A stretch of DNA of 64,000 nt from an uncultured Eggerthellaceae bacterium (GTDB taxonomy: Bacteria; Actinomycetota; Coriobacteriia; Coriobacteriales; Eggerthellaceae), in NCBI GenBank assembly GCA_934668515.1, contig CAKUNS010000006.1, forward strand, positions 2,201 through 66,200, given 5' to 3'. Made by a program: the position numbers and the translations under genes. Below are positions 27,483 through 35,745 of the stretch, piece by piece. The notes under the pieces are model-generated. The model was not told the DNA's origin. It saw nothing but the letters and a program-made list of their open reading frames with translations, and searched no databases. Within the stretch, counting starts at the first letter, position 1; the number at the start of each line of letters is the position of its first letter.

Positions 27483-29644
27483 TGGCTGATCAGCCAAAGA
27501 GCAATTACGACGGCAAGAAGAGCGGCGGATACTCGTCCAATCGCGGCCATGGAGGTGGCAAACCTGACGGCTACAAGGGTGGCGCAGGCAAAGGCGGCTA
27601 CAAAGGTGGCTCCGGTAAGTCCGGCGGCTACAAGGGCCATGGCGATTCCAAGGGCCGTCCTTATGGAAAGCGTGATGGTGAGTCACGTGATCGCCGCGAT
27701 GATCATCGCGGCGGTTCCGACTTCAAGAAAGGTTACAAGAAGCCTTACGAGCGCGACGATAGGCGCGGCGGAAAATTCGACGGCAAGAAGCGTGACGACA
27801 AGTTCGGCGGTAAACGCGACGGCAAATTCGAAGGCAGGCGCGACGACAAGTTCAACGACCGCAAGCGCAATGATAGATTCGATCATAAGCGTGACGATAA
27901 ATTCGACCGTAAAGGCAAGGGCGGTAACGGTCGCGATTTCAGCAAGTCCGATCGCGATGCCAAGTTCGGCGACAAGCCCCGTTCCTCCGGCCCGCGCGGT
28001 AATGGTAAGCCCGCTTTCAAGCCTCAGGACAACAAGGCCAAGCGCGTTTACAAGAACAAGAAAGCGTTCGATCAGCAGAAGGTAGCCGCCATTATGGGCA
28101 CCGATGCTGCTCCTTATAGGGGTGAGCTTGACCCGAAGAGGGGAGAGCGCTCCAATATCGCTCCGGGCAGGAAAACCCGCGAACTTCGCGAGATCGCTCA
28201 GGATGAAGAGCGCATGAGGGACGAGGAAGTCCGTCGTGAGCGCGAGAAGCTCGATGATGAGACCCTGCCTATGGAGAAGCGCTTCTATAAAAACGAGGCT
28301 AGCCCGGCACGTCTTGCCGCTCTTGATGTGACCCGTGCTGTCCGTAAGCGCAACGCCTATGCTCACGACCTCATCGAAAGCCGCATCGATACCTCTGGGA
28401 TGTCTCAAGCCGATCGCGCATTCGCTACGTTGCTCGTTCTTGGCGTTGTCAGCACCAGCGGCACTCTTGACGAGATCATCAACCGCGGCATGCGCAAGCC
28501 CACCGATGCCTTCGACGATGTTCGCGACGCGCTGCGTATCTCCACGTATGAGATCATCTTCCTGGGCAAAACCCCGCATGCTGCTCTCGACCAGGGCGTC
28601 GAACTCGTTCGTGCGGTTTCCCCCAGTGCTTCTGGCCTGGGCAATGCCATCCTTCACCGCATTCTCGAGATGAAGGATTCGTTTCCCTTCGGTGATCCGA
28701 ACCACGACATCGAAGCGCTTGCTCGCGTATATGCCTTCCCCGTATGGCTTGCTCGCAAGTTGGTTGAGGATCTTGGCGCGAAGGAAGCGGCTATGTTCAT
28801 GCGCGCTTCGAACGACCCTGCTCCGCTGTTCATTTCTGTGAATTCGCTTAAGACGACTGACGCCGATGTAGCCCGCGTGTTCGAGGCTGCAGGCGCCACG
28901 CTTCGTCCGGCACTCATCGATGAGAAGGAAATCGTCGGTTGCTATCATGTGTCCGACCCGCGTGCCATCGCTGACGAAAACGTCCGTACTTTGTTCGACG
29001 AAGGAAAGATCCTCGTCAGCGATGCTGCAGCTCAGGCGGTCGCAGGCGCTTTGTTCGATAACGCCACGCCCTCAACTGTTCTTGAAGTTGGCGCTGGCCG
29101 TGGTACGAAGACGGTCCTTATCCAGAGCGATGCTCAACGAATCATGGGTCATCAGGTTGAGCTCACCTCGCTTGATCTTCACGAGTTCAAGGTAAAACTG
29201 CTCGAGAAGCGCGCAGCCGATTACGATGTGCAGTTGAAGCAAGCGGTTTGCGGCAATGCAACCAGGCTTGACACGGTTCTGCCTTATGAGACTTATCAAA
29301 CCGTGTTCATCGACGCCCCGTGTTCGGGTCTTGGCACTCTTAGGCGCCACCCCGAGATCCGTTGGCGCGTTAAGCCTGCTCATATCCAAGAGCTCGCCGA
29401 CACCGGACTCGCGATGCTTCGTAGCGCCGCATCCCATGTTGAGATGGGCGGCCAGTTGGTTTACGCCACGTGCACCGTCGCCTATGCCGAGAACTATGGT
29501 GTAGTAAAACGCTTCCTTGAGGAGACGGAAGAGGGCAGGGATTTCCGCCTTGCGCCCATCGATGGCAAGCCGTGCTTCTCATCGCAGCTGACCGTCGGTT
29601 CGCCCGATGCGCATTTTGCTGCAAAATTCATCAAAGTGAAATGA
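27482..29644 (+). CDS. rsmB: 16S rRNA (cytosine-C5)-methyltransferase RsmB/Sun-like, with a 273-aa low-complexity basic N-terminal extension
   Basis: The C-terminal 450 aa comprise a NusB-like domain and a methyltransferase core (..DAPCSGLGTLRRHPEIRW.., ..LVYATCT..). I chose the ATG at 27482 (TAATG overlap with the fmt stop). The track start 27467 is a TTG. Confidence 0.85.
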   Translation: MADQPKSNYDGKKSGGYSSNRGHGGGKPDGYKGGAGKGGYKGGSGKSGGYKGHGDSKGRPYGKRDGESRDRRDDHRGGSDFKKGYKKPYERDDRRGGKFDGKKRDDKFGGKRDGKFEGRRDDKFNDRKRNDRFDHKRDDKFDRKGKGGNGRDFSKSDRDAKFGDKPRSSGPRGNGKPAFKPQDNKAKRVYKNKKAFDQQKVAAIMGTDAAPYRGELDPKRGERSNIAPGRKTRELREIAQDEERMRDEEVRREREKLDDETLPMEKRFYKNEASPARLAALDVTRAVRKRNAYAHDLIESRIDTSGMSQADRAFATLLVLGVVSTSGTLDEIINRGMRKPTDAFDDVRDALRISTYEIIFLGKTPHAALDQGVELVRAVSPSASGLGNAILHRILEMKDSFPFGDPNHDIEALARVYAFPVWLARKLVEDLGAKEAAMFMRASNDPAPLFISVNSLKTTDADVARVFEAAGATLRPALIDEKEIVGCYHVSDPRAIADENVRTLFDEGKILVSDAAAQAVAGALFDNATPSTVLEVGAGRGTKTVLIQSDAQRIMGHQVELTSLDLHEFKVKLLEKRAADYDVQLKQAVCGNATRLDTVLPYETYQTVFIDAPCSGLGTLRRHPEIRWRVKPAHIQELADTGLAMLRSAASHVEMGGQLVYATCTVAYAENYGVVKRFLEETEEGRDFRLAPIDGKPCFSSQLTVGSPDAHFAAKFIKVK
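27569..27915 (+). repeat. In-frame degenerate tandem coding repeats (GGYKG units, then R-D-D-K-F units) within the rsmB 5' region
   Basis: GGCTACAA(G/A)GG recurs three times in 27569-27640. (C/G)GACGA(C/T)AA(G/A)TTC recurs in 27770-27915, encoding ..RDDKFGGKRDGKFEGRRDDKFNDRKRNDRFDHKRDDKFDRK... Confidence 0.7.
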
Positions 29645-29649
29645 TGATC

Positions 29650-29702
29650 AACCCCTCCTCTGCTATGTTTAACTAATATTCAGAGGTGGGGTTCTTATTT
29701 TA
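29650..29702 (+). terminator. Hairpin terminator after rsmB
   Basis: AACCCCTCCTCTG..(18-nt loop)..CAGAGGTGGGGTT forms a 13-bp stem with one mismatch, followed by CTTATTTTA. Confidence 0.6.
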
Positions 29703-29712
29703 GGAGACTTCA

Positions 29713-30297
29713 ATGGAGCCAGATTACAAAGAAGTAGCCAATCGCATTAAGTCGCTGCGTGAGGACATGGACCTAACCTTGCAGGAGATGGCCGACGCTA
29801 CCGGCCGAACCATCGAGGAGTATGCGGCTCAGGAATCAGGCGAAAGTGATCTCTCGTTCACGTTCCTATACAAATGCGCTGCAAAACTCGGCGTCGACCC
29901 CATAGAGCTGCTCAGCGGCGAAACCCCGCATCTAACGGGCTACTCCCTTGTTCGAGCAGGCGAGGGTCTTTCTGTTAAAAGACGCGAAGGGTTCGAGTAC
30001 CTCCATAAGGCACCTTACCTTAATAACAAACTCTGTGAACCATTCGTCGTTACGGCTCCCTACATTGAAGAGGAGCAGGACAAGCCTATCCATCAGTCCT
30101 TCCATAAGGGACAGGAGTTCGACTATATCATTTCGGGTCGCATGCGTTTCGCTTATGATAACCATATCGAGGAACTTGGGCCTGGCGACACTCTTCTATA
30201 CGATTCCGCTCGTGCTCATGGAATGATCGCTATTGGCGGCGAGCCGTGCGTATTCGTTGCAATCGTCATGTACCCGGACGGTCGTCAGATTATCTAG
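29713..30297 (+). CDS. XRE-family HTH transcriptional regulator with a C-terminal cupin (ligand-sensing) domain
   Basis: It has an N-terminal HTH_3 (..IKSLREDMDLTLQEMADATGRTIEEYAAQESG..) and a C-terminal cupin_2 (..GQEFDYIISGRMRF....LGPGDTLLYDSARAHGM..). A TAGGAGA RBS is present. Confidence 0.85.
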   Translation: MEPDYKEVANRIKSLREDMDLTLQEMADATGRTIEEYAAQESGESDLSFTFLYKCAAKLGVDPIELLSGETPHLTGYSLVRAGEGLSVKRREGFEYLHKAPYLNNKLCEPFVVTAPYIEEEQDKPIHQSFHKGQEFDYIISGRMRFAYDNHIEELGPGDTLLYDSARAHGMIAIGGEPCVFVAIVMYPDGRQII

Positions 30298-30401
30298 GCG
30301 CTGCGCAATCGACTCTTGGGTAATCCCCAAGCAGCAGCGTGCCTGCGGCGCAGTCGCCTTACGACACTAGATAATCCGATACCTTCAGTAAGGAAGACGA
30401 T

Positions 30402-32177
30402 ATGAGAAACCTGCATAAAAGGTATGTCGAAGAGGCATACGATAGTAAAGGCGTGCTTAGCGACTTCAAAGTAAACATCCCGGAAGACTTCAATTTCGGG
30501 TACGACGTCGTTGATGACATCGCGGTAAACGATCCCGACCGTCGTGCTATGGTATGGCGCAATCCCGAAGGCGAAGAGCACCTCTTCACTTTCGCGGATA
30601 TGAAGAAGTGGTCCGACAAAACCGCTAATTACTTTGCAGAACATGGCATTGGCAAGGGCGATTACGTTATGGTCATCCTTCGCCGTCACTATCAGTTCTG
30701 GTTTGTGGCTACTGCCTTGGCCAAACTTGGCGCGGTCATGGTTCCTGCGACGTTTATGTTGAAGGAGCACGACCTTGTTTATCGCCTGAACGGCGCATCC
30801 ATCAAAGCAGTTGTTTGCACCACGGTAGGCGACATCGCCCAGATCGTTGACAACGTCGTTGCAGAATGCCCGACCGTTGAGAATCTCTTCCTGGTGAACG
30901 GCGCTGGCGGTGGTTTGAGCCCTCAAGACGAAAATGGCAACTGGATCCTTCCGGAAGGCGGGCTTGTTGGCCCGGTTCTTTCTGGCGAACAGGGCATTTG
31001 CGCTGCCGCTGTTCAGCGCGAGGGCTGGCATGACTTCAACACCGGCGTCCGTCATGCGTCGGATGAATTCGAACACGTGAACACACTTGCTGCCGACCCT
31101 ATGCTCATGTATTTCTCCAGCGGCACTTCGGGCAACCCAAAGATGGTTTTGCACAATTCCACCTACGCAGTCGCCCATTTGGTTACCGCAAAACACTGGC
31201 ATAACGTCGATCCCGAAGGTTTGCATTTCACTATTGCCGACACCGGCTGGGGCAAGGCTGTCTGGGGCAAGTTCTATGGCCAATGGCTCATGGAGGCATG
31301 TGTTTTCACGTACGATTACGATCGTTTCCATGCGGGCGAGCTATTGTCGCTTATCAGCCAATATAGCATCACCACGCTTTGCTGCCCGCCCACCATGTAT
31401 CGTCTGTTCATGCAGGAGGGCGTCGAGAAGTACGACCTTTCCACGCTTAAGTACTCCACTACTGCCGGAGAAGCATTGAATCCCGACATCTTCGATTACT
31501 GGAAGGAGCACACCGGCCTGGTTATTTATGAGGGCTTCGGACAGACCGAAACGCCCTTGACCGTAGCCAATCTGGTTAATTCAACTCCGCGTTCCGGCTC
31601 GATGGGCAAGCCTTCGCCGCTTTACGAGGTCGAGATCCAGCGTGCCGACGGTTCTCGCTGCAATACCGGCGAGACGGGTGAGATCTGCATCAAGATCGAT
31701 CCTCGGCCTGCAGGCATCATGATGTGTTACTACCGAAACGAAGAGCGTACCGCAGCTGCGATGCATGACGGTTGGTACCATACCGGCGACACCGCTTGGG
31801 TCGATGAGGATGGTTACTTCTGGTATGTCGGTCGAAATGACGACGTCATCAAGTCGAGCGGCTATCGTATCGGGCCATTCGAAATCGAAAGCGTCTTGCT
31901 TGAGCATGAGGCTGTTCGCGAGTGCGCCGTTACTGGTGTTCCCGACCCAGTCCGTGGCAAAGCCGTCAAAGCTACCATCGTGTTGCAAGACGGCATTCAT
32001 GGCTCCGAGATGCTTACGAAAGAGCTTCAAACCTGGGTTAAGCACAAAACCGCTCCGTACAAGTACCCGCGCATCATCGAGTATGTCGAAGAACTTCCCA
32101 AAACTGTCAACGGCAAGATCCGTCGAGTCGCCATTCGTGAGAACGATGCCAAGAAGGGCATCGACGGTTTGGTCTAA
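30402..32177 (+). CDS. AMP-forming acyl-CoA synthetase/ligase (medium-chain acyl-CoA synthetase-like; substrate unknown)
   Basis: 591 aa with the AMP-binding signature ..MYFSSGTSGNPKMV.., and with ..YEGFGQTE.., ..YHTGDTAWVDEDGYFWYVGRNDDVIKSSGYRIGPFEIE.. and the C-terminal ..PKTVNGKIRR... Confidence 0.88.
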   Translation: MRNLHKRYVEEAYDSKGVLSDFKVNIPEDFNFGYDVVDDIAVNDPDRRAMVWRNPEGEEHLFTFADMKKWSDKTANYFAEHGIGKGDYVMVILRRHYQFWFVATALAKLGAVMVPATFMLKEHDLVYRLNGASIKAVVCTTVGDIAQIVDNVVAECPTVENLFLVNGAGGGLSPQDENGNWILPEGGLVGPVLSGEQGICAAAVQREGWHDFNTGVRHASDEFEHVNTLAADPMLMYFSSGTSGNPKMVLHNSTYAVAHLVTAKHWHNVDPEGLHFTIADTGWGKAVWGKFYGQWLMEACVFTYDYDRFHAGELLSLISQYSITTLCCPPTMYRLFMQEGVEKYDLSTLKYSTTAGEALNPDIFDYWKEHTGLVIYEGFGQTETPLTVANLVNSTPRSGSMGKPSPLYEVEIQRADGSRCNTGETGEICIKIDPRPAGIMMCYYRNEERTAAAMHDGWYHTGDTAWVDEDGYFWYVGRNDDVIKSSGYRIGPFEIESVLLEHEAVRECAVTGVPDPVRGKAVKATIVLQDGIHGSEMLTKELQTWVKHKTAPYKYPRIIEYVEELPKTVNGKIRRVAIRENDAKKGIDGLV

Positions 32178-32947
32178 TGGGTTCGCTCGTTCAAAGCCTG
32201 CGCGACTCGATCGCGCAGGTAACCGTGATCTGCGGGCATTACGGAGTAGGGAAAACCAACTTCAGCGTCAATCTGGCTTGCGACCTTGCCGACATTGGCA
32301 AGCACGTGACCCTAATCGACCTCGATATCGTGAATCCCTATTTTCGAGCCTCCGAACAGCGAAAGCTTCTCGAAGCCCATGGCATAACTTTGATCGCGCC
32401 GGTTTTCGCTGAGGCTGGTTCGAGTCTGGATGTGCCAAGTCTTCGGGGATCGATCACTTCTGCCGTGCAAGATGCATGGCAGAAGGTCGACGAAGGTCGT
32501 GTGGTGCTCATCGACGCTGGCGGCGACGATGTGGGTGCAACTGCTTTAGGCAGGTTTTCCGAAGTTGTGAAGCTTGGTGACTATGCGATGCTTTACTTGG
32601 TGAACGCCTGTCGTTTTGACACTCAGCAAGCTTCTGAGGCGGTCGAAATGCTCTCGCAAATTCAAAACGCATGTGGCTTGAAAGCAACCGCCATCGTCGA
32701 CAGCGCGCATCTCAAAGATGAAACTTCGATTGACCTGCTGTGCGATGCGTTTGATTTAGCCTCTCAGGTTTCGCAAATCACTCAGCTACCGCTTGCATGT
32801 AAAACGGTAAAGCGCGAGTTTGCTTCCGACTTTCAACGTGCGCTTGACGATAGAATCGAACATACGAAAGAAGGATCAGGGCCGGATGTTCCTTCCCGCG
32901 ATTTCGTTTATCCGGTCAGTATTTACGTGAAGAACCCCTGGGAATAG
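32177..32947 (+). CDS. Uncharacterised SIMIBI-class (MinD/ParA/CooC-like) P-loop NTPase with an atypical Walker A
   Basis: 256 aa. The Walker A is VICGHYGVGKTN, ..TLIDLD.. follows, and the Walker B-like motif is ..VVLIDAGGDD... The start overlaps the ligase stop as TAATG. No specific family is recognisable by eye. Confidence 0.6.
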   Translation: MGSLVQSLRDSIAQVTVICGHYGVGKTNFSVNLACDLADIGKHVTLIDLDIVNPYFRASEQRKLLEAHGITLIAPVFAEAGSSLDVPSLRGSITSAVQDAWQKVDEGRVVLIDAGGDDVGATALGRFSEVVKLGDYAMLYLVNACRFDTQQASEAVEMLSQIQNACGLKATAIVDSAHLKDETSIDLLCDAFDLASQVSQITQLPLACKTVKREFASDFQRALDDRIEHTKEGSGPDVPSRDFVYPVSIYVKNPWE

Positions 32948-32974
32948 GGTTTCTTAGATAGAAGAGGGGGATCT

Positions 32975-33181
32975 ATGGCGAGAATGATCGTCGATGAGTT
33001 CTTCTGCAAAGGCTGCGGTCTTTGCGTCGATGCTTGTCCGTTGGGCATCGTTGAGCTCGACAATGAACGGATCACCGACAAGGGTTACCATCCCGCGCAT
33101 TGCATCGATCAGTCGAAATGCGTCGGCTGCGTTTCATGCGCATTGATGTGCCCCGATGTTGCAATCACGGTCGAGAGGTGA
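32975..33181 (+). CDS. 2x[4Fe-4S] ferredoxin-type delta subunit of 2-oxoacid:ferredoxin oxidoreductase
   Basis: 68 aa with two CxxCxxCxxxCP motifs ([12 protein letters not shown] and [12 protein letters not shown]). An AGAGGGGGA RBS is present. Confidence 0.85.
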   Translation: MARMIVDEFFCKGCGLCVDACPLGIVELDNERITDKGYHPAHCIDQSKCVGCVSCALMCPDVAITVER

Positions 33182-33186
33182 TTCAC

Positions 33187-34251
33187 ATGTCCGAAAAAGT
33201 CTTGATGAAGGGCAACGAGGCTCTTGCGGAAAGCGCCATTCGCGCAGGATGCAAGTTCTTCTTCGGTTACCCCATCACCCCGCAAACCGAGCTTGCTGCA
33301 TACATGGCAAAGCGCATGCCCAAAGAGGGCGGCACGTACCTGCAGGCTGAAAGCGAAGTTGCGGCCATCAACATGGTTTACGGCGCATCTGCCGCAGGCG
33401 CCCGCGTAATGACCTCGTCTTCCTCTCCGGGAATCTCGTTGAAGAGCGAAGGCATTTCATATATGGCAGGCGCCGATCTTCCCGGGGTCATCATCAACGT
33501 TGAGCGTGGCGGCCCAGGTCTTGGCTCCATTCAGCCTTCCCAGTCCGACTACTGGCAGGCAACCAAGGCGCTTGGTCATGGTGACTTCCAGCTGCTAGTG
33601 TTCGCGCCTTCCACTGTTCAGGAAATGGCTGATCTCGTTTATTATGCGTTTGACGCAGCAGACAAGTACCGCATGCCTGCAATGATCCTTGCTGACGGCA
33701 TGCTTGGTCAGATGATGGAACCCGTTGTTCTTCCCGAGCGCATCGAGTCGCTTCCTGAGAAGCCCTGGGCAACCACCGGCCACAAGAACGCTCGTCCTCA
33801 CAACGTGGCGAATTCGCTGTACCTTACGGCGGAGGAGCTTGAGCGTCTGAATTTCGAGCGTTTTGAACGCTACAAGACTATCAAGGAAACCGAGCAGCGC
33901 GCCGAGACGTTCATGTGCGACGACGCCGAGATCGTTCTCGTCGCTTTCGGTGCTTCGGCGCGAATCGCACGCAGCGCTGTTAGGACTGCCCGCGAAAAGG
34001 GAATCAAAGCCGGCCTTGTCCGTCCTATCACGTTGTGGCCGTTCCCGGTCGACGCCATTCGCGCAACGCTGCCTACGGCTAAGACCTACCTCTCGGTTGA
34101 GATGAACATGGGTCAGATGGTCGAAGACATTCGTTTGGCTGTGAACGGGGAAGCTCCAGTTGAATTCTATGGCCGCACCGGTGGTGTAATCCCCACGCCG
34201 ATTGAGGTTTTGGCAAAGATTGAAGAGATCAATGAAAGGACGGGTGAGTAA
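33187..34251 (+). CDS. 2-oxoacid:ferredoxin oxidoreductase alpha subunit (VorB/KorA/PorA-like)
   Basis: The N-terminus ..LMKGNEALAESAIRAGCKFFFGYPITPQTE.. is typical of OFOR domain I. I chose the ATG at 33187, 5 nt after the ferredoxin stop, rather than track start 33100. Confidence 0.88.
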   Translation: MSEKVLMKGNEALAESAIRAGCKFFFGYPITPQTELAAYMAKRMPKEGGTYLQAESEVAAINMVYGASAAGARVMTSSSSPGISLKSEGISYMAGADLPGVIINVERGGPGLGSIQPSQSDYWQATKALGHGDFQLLVFAPSTVQEMADLVYYAFDAADKYRMPAMILADGMLGQMMEPVVLPERIESLPEKPWATTGHKNARPHNVANSLYLTAEELERLNFERFERYKTIKETEQRAETFMCDDAEIVLVAFGASARIARSAVRTAREKGIKAGLVRPITLWPFPVDAIRATLPTAKTYLSVEMNMGQMVEDIRLAVNGEAPVEFYGRTGGVIPTPIEVLAKIEEINERTGE

Positions 34252-34252
34252 C

Positions 34253-35086
34253 ATGGCGAATGAAACCGGCAACATCGTTTTCCAGCGCCCGCATTCCCTG
34301 CTGCCCGTCGTGACCAATTTCTGCCCTGGCTGCACTCACGGTATCGTTATGCGCCTGGTTGCCGAAAGCATCGACGAGCTTGACATCGAGGGTTCCACGA
34401 TTGGAATCGCGCCCGTCGGTTGCTCTGTCATGGCATACGATTTCTTCGGTTGTGACATGGTTGAAGCCGCTCACGGTCGTGCACCGGCGGTTGCAACGGG
34501 TGTCAAACGCGTTAATCCCGACAATATCGTTTTCGCTTATCAGGGCGACGGCGACCTTGCCAGCATCGGAATGGCTGAAACCATTCACGCGGCTACGCGC
34601 GGCGAGAATATCACCGTTATCTTCATCAATAACGCCATCTACGGCATGACCGGCGGCCAGATGGCTCCGACAAGCCTTCCCAACCAGGTCACGCAAACTT
34701 CGCCCTATGGTCGCGACGTCAATACCGCAGGCTATCCGGTTCGCGTATGCGAGTTACTGAGCTCTCTTGACGGCCCGGCATATCTCGAGCGTGTCTGCGT
34801 GGACTCCTCGAAGAACGTGCGCAACGCCAAACGCGCCATCAAGAAGGCCTTCCAGAACCAGGTCGACGGCGTGGGCTATTCGCTCATCGAAGTTGTTTCC
34901 ACGTGCCCGACCAACTGGGGCATGACTCCGCAAAAGGCTTTCGAGTGGATGCGCGAGAACATGCTTCCGTATTATCCGCTGGGCGTCTATCGCGACGTTG
35001 TAGCCGATGGTTACGCAAACGCCCGCGAAGCCGCTGGGGCACGTGCTGCAGATTGCCCGATCGCATGCAAGAAAGACGGTGAGTAG
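34253..35086 (+). CDS. 2-oxoacid:ferredoxin oxidoreductase beta (TPP-binding) subunit
   Basis: It has ..FCPGCTHG.. and the TPP-binding ..YQGDGDLASIG....NNAIYGMTGGQ.. region. The ATG at 34253 lies 1 nt after the alpha stop. Confidence 0.88.
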   Translation: MANETGNIVFQRPHSLLPVVTNFCPGCTHGIVMRLVAESIDELDIEGSTIGIAPVGCSVMAYDFFGCDMVEAAHGRAPAVATGVKRVNPDNIVFAYQGDGDLASIGMAETIHAATRGENITVIFINNAIYGMTGGQMAPTSLPNQVTQTSPYGRDVNTAGYPVRVCELLSSLDGPAYLERVCVDSSKNVRNAKRAIKKAFQNQVDGVGYSLIEVVSTCPTNWGMTPQKAFEWMRENMLPYYPLGVYRDVVADGYANAREAAGARAADCPIACKKDGE

Positions 35087-35087
35087 C

Positions 35088-35624
35088 ATGTCCAACGAAA
35101 TGAAATTCGTACTTGCGGGTTTCGGCGGTCAGGGCATCCTCTTCGCCGGTAAAGTTATCGCTTATGTCGGTTTGCTTGACAACCGCGAGCTCTCTTGGCT
35201 GCCTTCCTACGGTCCTGAGATGCGCGGCGGCACTGCCAACTGCAGCGTTACCTTGTCGGATGAGCCCATTGGCTCTCCGCTGATCCTCGATCCGAATGTC
35301 TTGGTTGCCATGAACCAGCCGTCGCTTGATAAGTTCGAAGACGCGGTTGTTCCCGGTGGTTCGATCTTCGTCGATTCGTCTTTGGTCAACAGGCTTCCGA
35401 GCCGTGAAGACGTGAATGTCTTTGCTATTCCTGCAACCAGCATTGCCGAAGAGCAGGGGATCAAAGGTCTTGGAAACATCGTCATGATCGGCAAGCTGTT
35501 CAAGGAAACCGCATTTTGCGACAAGGAGACCCTCGAGGCAGCTATTCGCAAAGTCGTGCCTGCGCGTAAGGCTAACATGATTGATGCGAACCTTAAGGCT
35601 GTCGATCTGGGCGCATCGCTCTAA
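35088..35624 (+). CDS. 2-oxoacid:ferredoxin oxidoreductase gamma subunit
   Basis: It has ..LAGFGGQGILFAGK.. and ..PSYGPEMRGGTANC.., the OFOR gamma signature. The ATG at 35088 lies 1 nt after the beta stop. Confidence 0.85.
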   Translation: MSNEMKFVLAGFGGQGILFAGKVIAYVGLLDNRELSWLPSYGPEMRGGTANCSVTLSDEPIGSPLILDPNVLVAMNQPSLDKFEDAVVPGGSIFVDSSLVNRLPSREDVNVFAIPATSIAEEQGIKGLGNIVMIGKLFKETAFCDKETLEAAIRKVVPARKANMIDANLKAVDLGASL

Positions 35625-35661
35625 TTGCTCCGTTTGAACGGTTGCTTTAACTATCGAAAAA

Positions 35662-35689
35662 GGCGCTCCATTGCGGAGCGCCTTTTTGG
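35662..35689 (+). terminator. Rho-independent terminator after the oxidoreductase genes
   Basis: GGCGCTCC-ATTGC-GGAGCGCC is a perfect 8-bp GC-rich stem, followed by TTTTTGG. Confidence 0.8.
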
Positions 35690-35745
35690 TTCAATCGCAA
35701 TCGTCTTCGGCATGGATGCAGCCTTGTTGAATCATTTCCTTTAAG

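Noticed and set aside
27549-28948. Alternative-frame ORFs (178 aa on +, 421 aa on -) across the rsmB repeat region.
   Set aside because: These are by-products of the repetitive GC-rich coding repeats. Only the rsmB frame continues into recognisable NusB-like and methyltransferase domains and is coupled to fmt.
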